A stretch of DNA of 46,095 nt. It comes from Bdellovibrionota bacterium (lineage in GTDB: Bacteria > Bdellovibrionota_C > UBA2361 > OMII01). The notes beneath the pieces are model-generated. The model saw nothing but the letters and a program-made list of their open reading frames with translations, made no database searches and was not told the DNA's origin. Of this stretch, positions 18,094 through 27,726 are shown in pieces (within the stretch, counting starts at the first letter, position 1; each line of letters opens with the position of its first letter). The translations under genes and the position numbers were made by a program. The stretch covers positions 1-46,095 of the forward strand of contig JBIKWQ010000020.1 in the NCBI GenBank assembly GCA_044356215.1, in the 5' to 3' direction.

Positions 18094-19327
18094 GAAAAAT
18101 GGCAAAGTGGAAGGGCAGGACACCCCAAGCGGAAGGGCCCCTTCACTGAGATTTCCGGATTTTCGGGGAGGAGAGATGTGGTATTCAAAAAAAGTCGACG
18201 ATTTAGTCGATACGATTGCCCCACCCAGAAAGCTAGCAACCTCGGCATATTCTCATGAGGGAACATTCCCAATTATCGATCAATCGCAATCTGATATTTG
18301 TGGCTGGACAAATGATAATGAAGCTCTCATTCGTGAAGATGCCCCGCTAATAGTTTTTGGAGACCACACGTGTATTCTTAAACTGATAGATCGCCATTTC
18401 GCCCAAGGAGCTGACGGAATTAAGATTCTCAAAGCTCGGGGCATAATTGAAGTGCAGTATCTATATCAATTTCTCACCTATCGGCCTGTCATAACGGAAG
18501 AATATAAAAGACATTTCTCTATCTTGAAGGAGAAAATTGTATTCTTTCCAAGGCTAGGGTCGGGGGAACAACAAAAAATCGCCAACTGCCTAACATCAGT
18601 AGACGAATTAATCGCGGCGCAGGCGAAAAAAGTGGACGCGCTCAAGACCCATAAAAAAGCGCTCATGCAGCAGCTCTTCCCCCGCGAAGGCGAAACCCAA
18701 CCTCGGCTGCGGTTTCCGGAGTTTCGGGATGGTGGGGAGTGGAAGGAGAGGAAATTGAAAAACATCGGCAGAGTTATTCGAGGGGCCAGTCCTCGCCCCA
18801 AAGGTGATCCACGATATTACGGCGGCTATGTTCCAAGGCTAATGGTTCAGGATGTTACAAGAGATGGAAAATGGGTTACGCCACGTATTGACTCATTGAC
18901 GGACGAAGGTGCAAGAATGAGCAGACCTTGCCCAGCAGGAACGCTGACAATCGTATGTTCTGGTAGTGTAGGTGTTGTGTCGTTCCTTGCTGTAGATGCT
19001 TGCATACATGACGGGTTTCTTGCCCTTGTAGATATTGATGAGTCAATAGCCACAAAGGATTTTCTCTTTCATACTCTAAGCACTCTACGAGAACAGTTTG
19101 AGAAAGGCGCTACTCACGGCGGCGTGTTTACGAACCTAACAACCTCGGGTATTGAGCAGTTTGAAATCAAATGTCCCGATACGGCGGAACAACACCGCAT
19201 CGCCTCTTGCCTCAGCACCCTCGACACTCAAATCACCTCCGAAACCCAAAAACTAGAAACCCTAAAACTCCACAAACGCGGCCTCATGCAACAGCTTTTC
19301 CCCTCACCCGAGGAGACCGTAATATGA
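18083..19327 (+). CDS. hsdS: Type I R-M specificity subunit
   Basis: Two TRDs bounded by repeated LRFPDF/LRFPEF and EQ.KIA.CL...K.LMQQLFP blocks; ATG 18083 overlaps hsdR end. Confidence 0.93.
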   Translation: MGGKKNGKVEGQDTPSGRAPSLRFPDFRGGEMWYSKKVDDLVDTIAPPRKLATSAYSHEGTFPIIDQSQSDICGWTNDNEALIREDAPLIVFGDHTCILKLIDRHFAQGADGIKILKARGIIEVQYLYQFLTYRPVITEEYKRHFSILKEKIVFFPRLGSGEQQKIANCLTSVDELIAAQAKKVDALKTHKKALMQQLFPREGETQPRLRFPEFRDGGEWKERKLKNIGRVIRGASPRPKGDPRYYGGYVPRLMVQDVTRDGKWVTPRIDSLTDEGARMSRPCPAGTLTIVCSGSVGVVSFLAVDACIHDGFLALVDIDESIATKDFLFHTLSTLREQFEKGATHGGVFTNLTTSGIEQFEIKCPDTAEQHRIASCLSTLDTQITSETQKLETLKLHKRGLMQQLFPSPEETVI

Positions 19328-20529
19328 GTAGTAAGCCGAAAGTTATCCCCTACACCAACCTCAGAAGTCTCGCGAAAAAGCTCCGCTCTGACCACTCTGG
19401 AGATGATCTGATTCTCATTTATGCCTACAACCGCACCGGCAAGACGCGCCTCTGCATGGAATTCAAGGAGATAGGCAAACGCACGACTAAAAGTAATCCG
19501 CAGGGCATCCCTGACACCCTTTACTTCAACGCCTTCACTGAAGACCTCTTTACTTGGGAAAATGATCTTGAGAACGACACTACTCGTGGTCTTAAAATAA
19601 ACCAACAATCCCGCTTTTTTGATGGATTTAAAAACGAGCCTCTTGAGCCAACCATTGATGAATACCTGAAGCGCTACGCAGATTTTGACTTCGATATCAC
19701 TTTCCAACAAGTGCAACAGGGCAAAGACTCTTTCTCTAGACCTGTCTTTGTTACTTTCCGCAAAGGTGATGCAACCCAGATTAAGATATCGCGTGGGGAG
19801 CAAAACATCTTTATCTGGTGTATCTTCATGGCCATTTGTGAGCAGGTTCTCAAATTTAGCGACACGCATCCTACTGTGAAATACTGCTACATCGACGACC
19901 CCATCTCTTCCCTAGACGACAACAACGCCATCGCTGTCGCCTGTGACCTGGCCCACCTGCTACGCCGAGCCGCAAGCCGAAAAGACGCCAATGGCTATCC
20001 AGCCCCAGTTAAGGTGGTATTCTCATCGCACCACGCGCTGTTCTTTAACGTGATGTGCAATGAGCTCGGTAGGGCCAAAGAAGGCGAACCGAAGGTGAAG
20101 CATAAGCGCTACTTTCTCCATCGTCCAAACGGCGAGCAGTCGTATACGCTCCGCCACACCGAGGACACCCCATTTTTTCACCACGTTGCCACGCTTGCGG
20201 AACTCAATCGCGCGGCTTATTCAAAAGATGGAAAGCTCTATACCTTCCACTTTAATGCCTTGCGCAGCATTATGGAGAAGACTGCTTCTTTCTTTGGACA
20301 CCCAGATATCACTTTCTGCCTAAATGAAGTGGCAAACGAAGATGATCGTGCGCTTTATAATCGAGCATTGCAGCTCCTAAGCCATGGCAAATACTCAATC
20401 CATGAACCCACTGAGATGGGGGAGGATAATAAGAATTTGTTTCGCCGCATTCTGAGCGAATTCGTCACAAGGTTTAAATTTGCCCTCCCCGATATTACCG
20501 ATAGCTCACCAGAGGAAGTAGCAGTATGA
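19324..20529 (+). CDS. prrC: PrrC-type anticodon nuclease (ABC ATPase + HEPN)
   Basis: YAYNRTGKT Walker A, LYFNAFTEDLFTWENDL block, KISRGE signature, YIDDPISSLD Walker B/D-loop, SSHH, C-terminal LRSIMEK...NRALQLLSH; ATGA overlap with hsdS; 401 aa. Confidence 0.82.
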   Translation: MSSKPKVIPYTNLRSLAKKLRSDHSGDDLILIYAYNRTGKTRLCMEFKEIGKRTTKSNPQGIPDTLYFNAFTEDLFTWENDLENDTTRGLKINQQSRFFDGFKNEPLEPTIDEYLKRYADFDFDITFQQVQQGKDSFSRPVFVTFRKGDATQIKISRGEQNIFIWCIFMAICEQVLKFSDTHPTVKYCYIDDPISSLDDNNAIAVACDLAHLLRRAASRKDANGYPAPVKVVFSSHHALFFNVMCNELGRAKEGEPKVKHKRYFLHRPNGEQSYTLRHTEDTPFFHHVATLAELNRAAYSKDGKLYTFHFNALRSIMEKTASFFGHPDITFCLNEVANEDDRALYNRALQLLSHGKYSIHEPTEMGEDNKNLFRRILSEFVTRFKFALPDITDSSPEEVAV

Positions 20530-20663
20530 ACCTTACCAAGCGAAAGGAATTAATAAACTTAATGCGGTTAATTGCTACCTGCCCGCTGCAAGTGCACCTG
20601 ACAAAAATCTAGAAAAAAAAGACCATCTCGGAAACTTCTCCTTCTTCTCACCGAATTATAATT

Positions 20664-21518
20664 ATGAACAAAGATCTAATCACCCAAATGCAGACCCAAT
20701 TCAACCAACTGGCAAACCCTCACCCCGAGGACCCTGCGGTGGAATTCTGGTTCGCGCGTGAGTTGCAAGAGCCCCTCGGCTACGCACGTTGGGAAAACTT
20801 CCTAACCGCTATCGAGCGCGCAATAGAGTCTTGTAAATCAACTGGTTACGACCCTGACGACCATTTTCGTGGCGTCACGAAAATGGTAGCGCTTGGAAGC
20901 GGTTCAGAGCGGGCGATTGAAGACTATATGCTTACCCGTTACGCCTGCTACCTCGTCGCTCAGAATGGCGACCCGCGCAAAGAACCCATCGCTTTTGCTC
21001 AAAGCTACTTTGCTGTTCAGACAAGAAAGCAAGAGCTCATTGAGTCGCGAATGAAGCTCATCGGCAGGTTGGAGGCTCGCGAAAAGCTGCGAGCGTCTGA
21101 AAAAGCGCTCTCAGATAACATCTTTGAGCGTGGTGTCGATGAGGTAGGTTTCGGTCGCATTCGCTCAAAAGGCGATGCCGCGCTCTTTGGCGGTAACTCC
21201 ACCCAAGCCATGAAGGAGAAATTCGGTATCACTCAGACTCGACCGCTTGCCGATTTTCTCCCTACCTTGACGATTGCAGCAAAGAATCTAGCTACTGAAA
21301 TGACTAATCACAATGTTCAACAAGCGGATCTGCATGGCGAACCCTCGATTACTCGGGAGCATGTTAAAAACAACAGCAGTGTGCGCCAGATGTTGGAGCA
21401 ACGTGGTATTAAGCCAGAGGCACTGCCACCTGAAGATGACATTAAGAAATTAGAGCGTCGAGTAAAAGCCGACGAGAAAAAGATAGAAAAGCAGGCTGGA
21501 CGGTTGCCAAAAGCCTAG
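20664..21518 (+). CDS. dinD: DNA damage-inducible protein D (Bro-N domain)
   Basis: EFWFARELQ.PLGYARWENF, LTRYACYLVAQNGDPRK..IAFAQSYFA.QTR.QE, RSKGD.ALFGG. Confidence 0.9.
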   Translation: MNKDLITQMQTQFNQLANPHPEDPAVEFWFARELQEPLGYARWENFLTAIERAIESCKSTGYDPDDHFRGVTKMVALGSGSERAIEDYMLTRYACYLVAQNGDPRKEPIAFAQSYFAVQTRKQELIESRMKLIGRLEAREKLRASEKALSDNIFERGVDEVGFGRIRSKGDAALFGGNSTQAMKEKFGITQTRPLADFLPTLTIAAKNLATEMTNHNVQQADLHGEPSITREHVKNNSSVRQMLEQRGIKPEALPPEDDIKKLERRVKADEKKIEKQAGRLPKA

Positions 21519-21543
21519 AGTGAATCGTAGAAATGGAATTATC

Positions 21544-23190
21544 ATGAACGACTCCAATCAAAAGCAGCTAGGCAACACTCTCTGGAAAATCGCCGACGAT
21601 CTTAGGGGGGCTATGAATGCGGATGATTTTCGCGACTATATGCTCTCTTTTCTTTTCTTGCGGTACCTCTCCGACAATTACGAGACGGCTGCAAAAAAGG
21701 AGCTGGGAAAGGATTACCCGGACGCAAAAATTGCAAGCGGCAAAGTGCCCCTCGCACTATGGTACGCAAATAATCAGGATGACACAGTAGAGTTTGAGAA
21801 ACAGATGCGCCGCAAAGTGCATTATGTCATTAAGCCAGAGCACCTTTGGAGCAGCATCGCCAACTTAGCTCGCACGCAAAGCGCGGAACTACTAAATACC
21901 CTCCAGTCCGGATTTAAGTACATCGAGGAGGAATCCTTTGAGAGCACCTTCCAGGGGCTTTTCTCAGAAATTAATCTCGGTTCTGATAAGTTGGGAAGGA
22001 CCTACGCCGACCGTAACGCGAAGCTCTGCACGGTAATTCAGAAGATCGCAGAGGGATTGAGTGAGTTCTCAACTGATATCGACGCGCTGGGTGATGCATA
22101 TGAATACCTGATCGGTCAGTTTGCCGCAGGGTCCGGCAAGAAAGCGGGTGAGTTTTACACGCCGCAACAAATATCAAACATACTCTCTGCTATCGTAACC
22201 TTGGATAGTCAGGAGCCAAAGACTGGCACCAAGAAACGACTTGAGAGCGTGCTGGACTTCGCTTGCGGCTCGGGATCTTTGCTGCTCAACGTGCGTCACC
22301 GCACGAACCAATCGGGGGGCACTATCGGCAAGATCTTCGGCCAAGAAAAAAACATCACCACCTACAACCTTGCCCGTATGAATATGCTGCTGCATGGGAT
22401 GAAGAACACTGAGTTTGAGATCTTCCACGGTGACACGCTGCTTAACGACTGGGAGATCATGCGTGAACTGAACCCAGCCGAAAAGCCGCTGTTCGACGCT
22501 ATCGTCGCAAATCCTCCCTTTAGCTACCGCTGGGACCCCAATGAGAATATGGGCGATGACGTGCGCTTTAAGAGCCACGGCCTCGCACCCAAATCTGCCG
22601 CCGACCTCGCTTTTTTACTGCATGGTCTCCATTTCCTTAAGGACGAAGGCGTCATGGCAATTATTTTACCACACGGAGTGCTTTTCCGTGGCGGAGCAGA
22701 GGAGCGCATTCGCACCAAACTTCTCAAGGACGGTCAAATCGATACCGTTATAGGACTTCCAGCAAATCTATTTTACTCGACCGGAATACCGGTATGTATC
22801 CTCGTGATTAAGAAGTGTAAGAAGGCTGATGACGTGCTCTTTATCAATGCCGCAGAGCACTTTGAAAAAGGGAAACGGCAAAACCTGCTTAGACCCGAGC
22901 ACATCGCAAAGATTATCGACACTTATCAAAACCGAGCGGAAGAAACTCGCTACTCCCGCCGTGTAGAGATGGCGAAGATCGAGAAGAATGGATTCAACTT
23001 GAACATTTCGCGGTATATTAGCACGGCGGTTGCAGAAGAGGAGATAGATCTACATGCGATACACGACAAGCTAAAGGAGCTGGAAAGCACGATTCAAATG
23101 GCGACTGCGAAGCATAATGAGTTCTTAAAAGAACTAGGAATTCCTTTGTTGCCGACGGCCGGCAATGACTCCGATGATGTGTCCGAGTAG
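21544..23190 (+). CDS. hsdM: Type I R-M N6-adenine methyltransferase
   Basis: GEFYTPQ, DFACGSGSLL, VANPPF, LPHGVLFRGG; ATG 21544 (ORF open from 21520). Confidence 0.96.
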   Translation: MNDSNQKQLGNTLWKIADDLRGAMNADDFRDYMLSFLFLRYLSDNYETAAKKELGKDYPDAKIASGKVPLALWYANNQDDTVEFEKQMRRKVHYVIKPEHLWSSIANLARTQSAELLNTLQSGFKYIEEESFESTFQGLFSEINLGSDKLGRTYADRNAKLCTVIQKIAEGLSEFSTDIDALGDAYEYLIGQFAAGSGKKAGEFYTPQQISNILSAIVTLDSQEPKTGTKKRLESVLDFACGSGSLLLNVRHRTNQSGGTIGKIFGQEKNITTYNLARMNMLLHGMKNTEFEIFHGDTLLNDWEIMRELNPAEKPLFDAIVANPPFSYRWDPNENMGDDVRFKSHGLAPKSAADLAFLLHGLHFLKDEGVMAIILPHGVLFRGGAEERIRTKLLKDGQIDTVIGLPANLFYSTGIPVCILVIKKCKKADDVLFINAAEHFEKGKRQNLLRPEHIAKIIDTYQNRAEETRYSRRVEMAKIEKNGFNLNISRYISTAVAEEEIDLHAIHDKLKELESTIQMATAKHNEFLKELGIPLLPTAGNDSDDVSE

Positions 23191-23201
23191 TGTGAAATTT
23201 T

Positions 23202-23804
23202 ATGATGACCACTGAAGAATTCATTCTGAGATTGCTGCGTGTCCTAGCTTTATATGTAGCCGCTCTCGCGTGGCCTATCTGTATCTTCTTGGTCTTCCGG
23301 TTGTTCAAAGATCAAATTCGGGGCCTGCTATCCCAAATTAAGAATGTCAGTTGGCAGGGACTCGAAGCGAGCTTCGGGGATCGCGTAGTAAAACTAGAAA
23401 GCAAATTAAGCAAAGCTACTCGCGATAAAATAAATAGCAGCAATAAAAAGAGCGCACTGCCTCTGCTCAGCGATACCCAACGAGAAACAATTCAGCAGCT
23501 TGCGCTAACATCACCCAGGGCTGCAATCGTAGAGGCGTGGCTTTATGTAGAGGCTTCCGTTTTTGATCTACTTAAGCGAAAAGGGTTGCTCCCTGAGCAG
23601 CGCCGCGTGAGTCTCCGTGAGGGCTTTGCACTATTAGCAAAACACGAAGTTATAAGCCGCGAGTTACACGAGTTTGCAATTTCGGCTCAGCAATTAAGGA
23701 ACGAAGCCGCTCATAGCTTAGACTTTAACTATGAGCCCTCAACAGTCGATGTATTCTTGAGCCTAATAAATTCTCTAAGTGAGATACTTTCAGCGGCAGA
23801 CTAG
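23202..23804 (+). CDS. Membrane-anchored protein with C-terminal HEPN-like (RxxxxH) domain
   Basis: N-terminal TM (LAWPICIFLVF), SPRAAIVEAW..VE helix, LRNEAAH motif; 11 bp after hsdM. Confidence 0.6.
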   Translation: MMTTEEFILRLLRVLALYVAALAWPICIFLVFRLFKDQIRGLLSQIKNVSWQGLEASFGDRVVKLESKLSKATRDKINSSNKKSALPLLSDTQRETIQQLALTSPRAAIVEAWLYVEASVFDLLKRKGLLPEQRRVSLREGFALLAKHEVISRELHEFAISAQQLRNEAAHSLDFNYEPSTVDVFLSLINSLSEILSAAD

Positions 23805-24139
23805 TTGAGTGCTTTCCATTGTCGAGTACCAGTATCTTCTCACTCTGATTAACGGGGACTTGAGAGACAAAGGCTTTAAAGACCCGACTGCAACCCAGGA
23901 CCTGTTCAATCGACTTTACACATATTCTTTTGGAAAAAAGGTCTTTTTTGCGATGTATTTTTTCTAAAATAGAACATTTGCCTTTCTATTCAAATAAAAC
24001 TCAATGATTACAAGGTCTTGCCAATCTCAATTGATGGAGGTAGTCAACGGGCTGTCATTTCCCAAAAACGTGGTTCATCGAAGCATACAGAAAAGCATAC
24101 TGAGAAGCATGCAGAGCAGATATCGCCAGCAATGCACCC

Positions 24140-24327
24140 GCAAGGCCGCGCTTAAAGTATCACCACGCAGCTTCGCCTCATTAAGAAATTACTTGAATGA
24201 GAGCGGAGAGAAATTTGGAGTCCTGATATCAGCAGCGCCGTTTTCGGAGCACAGAGAGGGGAATACTGGACTTGTTAATCTGCCGCTATATTTGTGCGAA
24301 GGGGAGACGATTCTGGGGTTGGTTTAG
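24140..24327 (+). pseudogene. Probable C-terminal remnant of an AAA_14/DUF4143 ATPase
   Basis: KAALKVSPRSFASLRNYL...FGVLIS...LVNLPLYL resembles the DUF4143 tail; the upstream part of ORF 24004 looks unrelated. Confidence 0.45.
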
Positions 24328-24348
24328 CCTGGAAATAAATTCAATCCT

Positions 24349-24441
24349 CCCCCTCTTTTCTCTCGCCGCTCTCTTTGTACAAAAAGGACTAGCCGAGGTT
24401 TTTATTTAAACAAAGAGGCCAGCGAGGACGGACAGAGGGGG
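24349..24441 (+). repeat. ~95-bp palindromic MITE/REP-like repeat
   Basis: CCCCTCT...AGAGGGG ends, internal CTCTTTGT/ACAAAGAG arms; near-identical reverse copy at 31178-31273. Confidence 0.85.
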
Positions 24442-24455
24442 ATAATGTCTCACCC

Positions 24456-26600
24456 CTACCTCCCCAACACATCCCGATACTCAAGCGGAATAGGCTGCTC
24501 GCCGCGGTGTGGGGCGCTCTTGGGTTTTGCTAAAGAGAGATCTTCTAAACTTGTCTTAGGTAGCGCCGCGGATTCTCCGCTGTCGGGATCAGCTTTGTCA
24601 TCACCTGTAAATCTTTGATCCAACTTCTCATCGGCAACTTCTATTCGCGCCTCTTTAAAGCCCTCTTTTCCACCTAAGCCTGGCCCCTCTGGAGCGTTCG
24701 GATCAAAACCTCCTTCGCGAGCTTTGGCGTTTCGATCTACCTCAGGAGACGCGGCTCCTGAGCTGTCAGCTTTCCCACCAGAGGATCTCTTATCGCTCTC
24801 TTGCTTACTCTCACCCTTATTTTTCTCCTCGGACTTTGATTCACCTGAACCTTCCTTTCCGGCGCCGGAAGAGTCCTGCTTGGCGCTCTGTTTCCCTTCC
24901 TGCTTGCCTTGATTGTCACCTGGATCCTTGCCTTGCTCTTTCCCCTGAGCCTTGCCTTGTTCTTTGCCTTGCTCCTTGCCCTGTTCCTTACCCTGTTCCT
25001 TACCCTGCGCGCCTGGCTTACCTTCTTTCGCGCCGGAATCTTTTTTCTCAGCGCCCTCGTTACTAGCACCTTGTCTATCTCCTTGAGAACCTGAGCCCGC
25101 GTTAGAGCCTGGTTTATCCTGTGCCTCGTTCTTAAGATCGCTCTCTGCTTTTTTAATCGCTTCCTGAAGTTTATCTAACCCGGAAGAACCCGCTCCACCA
25201 GATTTTCCAGATTTGTCGTCCGCGCCATTCTCGCCTGATTTTGATCCACTGTCTTGCGCGCCACTCTGACCAGTTTTTCCTTCCGCGCTCTGTCCCTCTT
25301 TATCACCCTTAGGCTCTCCTTGACCTTCTGACTCGTCTTGGCTCTTTTGCTGGCCTTCCCCCTGACCTTTACCCTGACCTTGTCCTTGCCCGTCTCCTTG
25401 TCCTTCTCCTTGTCCTTCTCCCTGTCCCTCTTTACCAGAGCCCTGGCCCTGACCGGCTCCCTGGCCCTCTCCTTGTCCATCCCCCTGCCCCTGGCCTTGG
25501 CTGTTTCCTTGCTCGCCCTGCTTCTCTTCGCTGCCGCTTTTGCCCTCTCCCTCTTTGGGTTGTCCGCTCTGCTCGCTCCCTTTAGGCTCTCCCTGTCGAT
25601 CTCCTTGCGCTCCGCTTTCGTGGTCTTTATTTAATCCTTTATCCTGCTTTCCGCTTTGCGGCTGGCTTTTTTGATCTCCCTGTTGATCTCCTTGCGCGCC
25701 GCTCTCCTGATCTTTGGTTGAGCCTTTATCTTGGGGACTGTTCTGCTGCTCACCTTGCTGAGATTCTTTAGCTTCGCTCTCTTGCTTGTTCTGCTGCTGC
25801 TGGCTCGGTTTCTGCTCCTGCCTCTGCTCTTGTTTCTGCTCCTCTTGGCGAATACTACTATTCTCTTCTCTCTTGTAAGATCTCGCTTCTTGCTTATCTT
25901 TTTGCTCTGCTCCTCCGGCTTCCTTTTTCTTCGCGTGATCGATTGCCTGCTTTGTATCGCTTAACGCACCCAGTAGATCCTCCTTCGCTGCGATAGGATC
26001 ACTTGCCTGCTCAACTAAATTAGCCAACGCCTCCTTCACATTTTCTGGAAGATTTGGATCTGACGCCTGAACCTCTTTTATCGTTTTAAGGAGCGCCTCA
26101 ATCGGAGATACGGGCCTAAGAAAAATCGCTAGTACTAATAAAAGAAGAGAAGCTACTCCAATCAACGCGGCTCTCTTCTCTGTTTTTGAAAGACGATACG
26201 GAGCGATATCTTTTGCTTTTACCCCTTCAGGAACTACGGATAAAAGCTGCCTTCCAATTACTTCTCTACGCGCTTGATTATCATCAGATAAATCCGATTC
26301 AAGGCCTGCCCAAGAAGCCGCGCGATCTTTACCTTTACAAACCTCGTCAATTAGTTTTGCCGCATCTAAATCAGATAAACTTAAGCGAGGAATCCCGGGC
26401 TTTATCACCCACAATGCGCCACCTGCTAAAGAAACAACTAGCACTGAAGCTACCCAGGCGGGGTATCCAGATTTGACTACCACTAATAATAAAGCTAACG
26501 CCGCAACTGCGCTCCCCGCGAGCACGCAAGAAGCTTTGAGAGCGCTACGCCTCTGCTCAAGTCGAACTTCTCTTATTAGCTCACTAAGAGCCCTTCTCAT
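24456..26600 (-). CDS. Membrane protein with long Q/G/E/K-rich low-complexity region
   Basis: 714 aa; about three N-terminal TMs; GEGQ and GKEQ tandem repeats; C-terminal IPLEYRDVL; overlaps mltG end. Confidence 0.75.
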   Translation of the reverse strand: MRRALSELIREVRLEQRRSALKASCVLAGSAVAALALLLVVVKSGYPAWVASVLVVSLAGGALWVIKPGIPRLSLSDLDAAKLIDEVCKGKDRAASWAGLESDLSDDNQARREVIGRQLLSVVPEGVKAKDIAPYRLSKTEKRAALIGVASLLLLVLAIFLRPVSPIEALLKTIKEVQASDPNLPENVKEALANLVEQASDPIAAKEDLLGALSDTKQAIDHAKKKEAGGAEQKDKQEARSYKREENSSIRQEEQKQEQRQEQKPSQQQQNKQESEAKESQQGEQQNSPQDKGSTKDQESGAQGDQQGDQKSQPQSGKQDKGLNKDHESGAQGDRQGEPKGSEQSGQPKEGEGKSGSEEKQGEQGNSQGQGQGDGQGEGQGAGQGQGSGKEGQGEGQGEGQGDGQGQGQGKGQGEGQQKSQDESEGQGEPKGDKEGQSAEGKTGQSGAQDSGSKSGENGADDKSGKSGGAGSSGLDKLQEAIKKAESDLKNEAQDKPGSNAGSGSQGDRQGASNEGAEKKDSGAKEGKPGAQGKEQGKEQGKEQGKEQGKAQGKEQGKDPGDNQGKQEGKQSAKQDSSGAGKEGSGESKSEEKNKGESKQESDKRSSGGKADSSGAASPEVDRNAKAREGGFDPNAPEGPGLGGKEGFKEARIEVADEKLDQRFTGDDKADPDSGESAALPKTSLEDLSLAKPKSAPHRGEQPIPLEYRDVLGR

Positions 26601-27621
26601 TCCTAGATCCTAAACCACGCTGAAATACATTTACCGCCTCTATGTGACGTTGTAGATCCTCTGAGAAGATGTGACGCCCCTCTCCATTACCAACAAAGTA
26701 AAGGTATTTAGTTTCCGCAGGGTATAGTGCCGCTTTGATAGCTGCTATTCCTGGATTAGCGATCGGTCCAGGAGGTAATCCGCTTATCACATAGGTATTG
26801 TAAGGGGTCTCGGTCTGTAGATCCTTCTTTGTGATGTTTCCGTTAAAATCTTTAATGCCATAGATCACCGTTGGATCAGCTTGAAGACGCATGTTTATCT
26901 TTAAGCGATTGTGGAACACAGAGGATATAATTGGCTGCTCATCGAAGTTGCCCGATTCCTTCTCTATGATTGAGGCAAGGGTGAGAATCTGGTGTCGCGA
27001 CATTCCAAGCTCACCGGCGCGCGCGTTCCACTCAGGTAACCACCGTCTCTTAAACTCATCATGCATAACTTTAATAACAAAACGCGCTTGAGTGTTGCGT
27101 TTAAAGTTATAGGTCTCTGGGAACAGGTATCCCTCAAACGAAGTTGCCTCGATCCCCGCCTCTTTTAAGAGAGCGCTATCCGACAACGCCCGATTAAACG
27201 AGACTCGGTCAACTATTCCCGAATCTTCAAAGGCTTTGGCTATATCGACTAACGTCATCCCCTCACGGATAGTGGCTTTGCGCGGAATAGTATCGCCACG
27301 AATCATCTTATCTAGGACCTCTTGAGGCGTCATTGACGCTCTAAGATCATACTCTCCCGCTTTTATCTGCGTATCTTTCTTCTGCATTCGCGCGAGGATC
27401 TTAAACGCGAAGCCACTTCGCACAACACCATCACGCTCAAGAAGATTGCAGATCTCCTTAAAACTCCTAGCTCTCTCGGTATCAAAAACGACACTCGCCA
27501 CACTCTCCGGATCGCGAGGCTCCTTAAAGTAGTAGGTCATGGCGCTGTACACCCCAAGGGCGACAGCTAGCGGAACACAAAGATATAGAAGAAGGGTGAT
27601 AAGTTTAGAAACTACGCGCAC
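26584..27621 (-). CDS. mltG: Endolytic transglycosylase MltG
   Basis: IKAGEY, EGYLFPETY, LASIIEKE, RLQADPTVIYG, YNTY..SGLPPGPIANPG; GTG 27621 likely start (ORF open to 27678). Confidence 0.95.
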   Translation of the reverse strand: MRVVSKLITLLLYLCVPLAVALGVYSAMTYYFKEPRDPESVASVVFDTERARSFKEICNLLERDGVVRSGFAFKILARMQKKDTQIKAGEYDLRASMTPQEVLDKMIRGDTIPRKATIREGMTLVDIAKAFEDSGIVDRVSFNRALSDSALLKEAGIEATSFEGYLFPETYNFKRNTQARFVIKVMHDEFKRRWLPEWNARAGELGMSRHQILTLASIIEKESGNFDEQPIISSVFHNRLKINMRLQADPTVIYGIKDFNGNITKKDLQTETPYNTYVISGLPPGPIANPGIAAIKAALYPAETKYLYFVGNGEGRHIFSEDLQRHIEAVNVFQRGLGSRNEKGS

Positions 27622-27726
27622 GAGAAACTCCAGTGATAGCACTCCAAAAGAGATTAGCACCTGAGGCTTAGGGGGCAAAGACGCTAAGCCGTCTTCAGAT
27701 GCCCTATGGGCTATATCGGAAACGAC

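Noticed and set aside
19171..19323. N-terminal extension of the PrrC ORF in the track
   Set aside because: Overlaps hsdS; ATG 19324 gives an ATGA coupling and PrrC-like length
15004..19879. Antisense/overlapping ORFs within hsd and prrC (e.g. 16663-17202, 19228-19869)
   Set aside because: Shadow frames of well-supported genes, with no motifs
24900..25500. CRISPR-like short repeats
   Set aside because: In-frame coding tandem repeats without unique spacers; no cas genes
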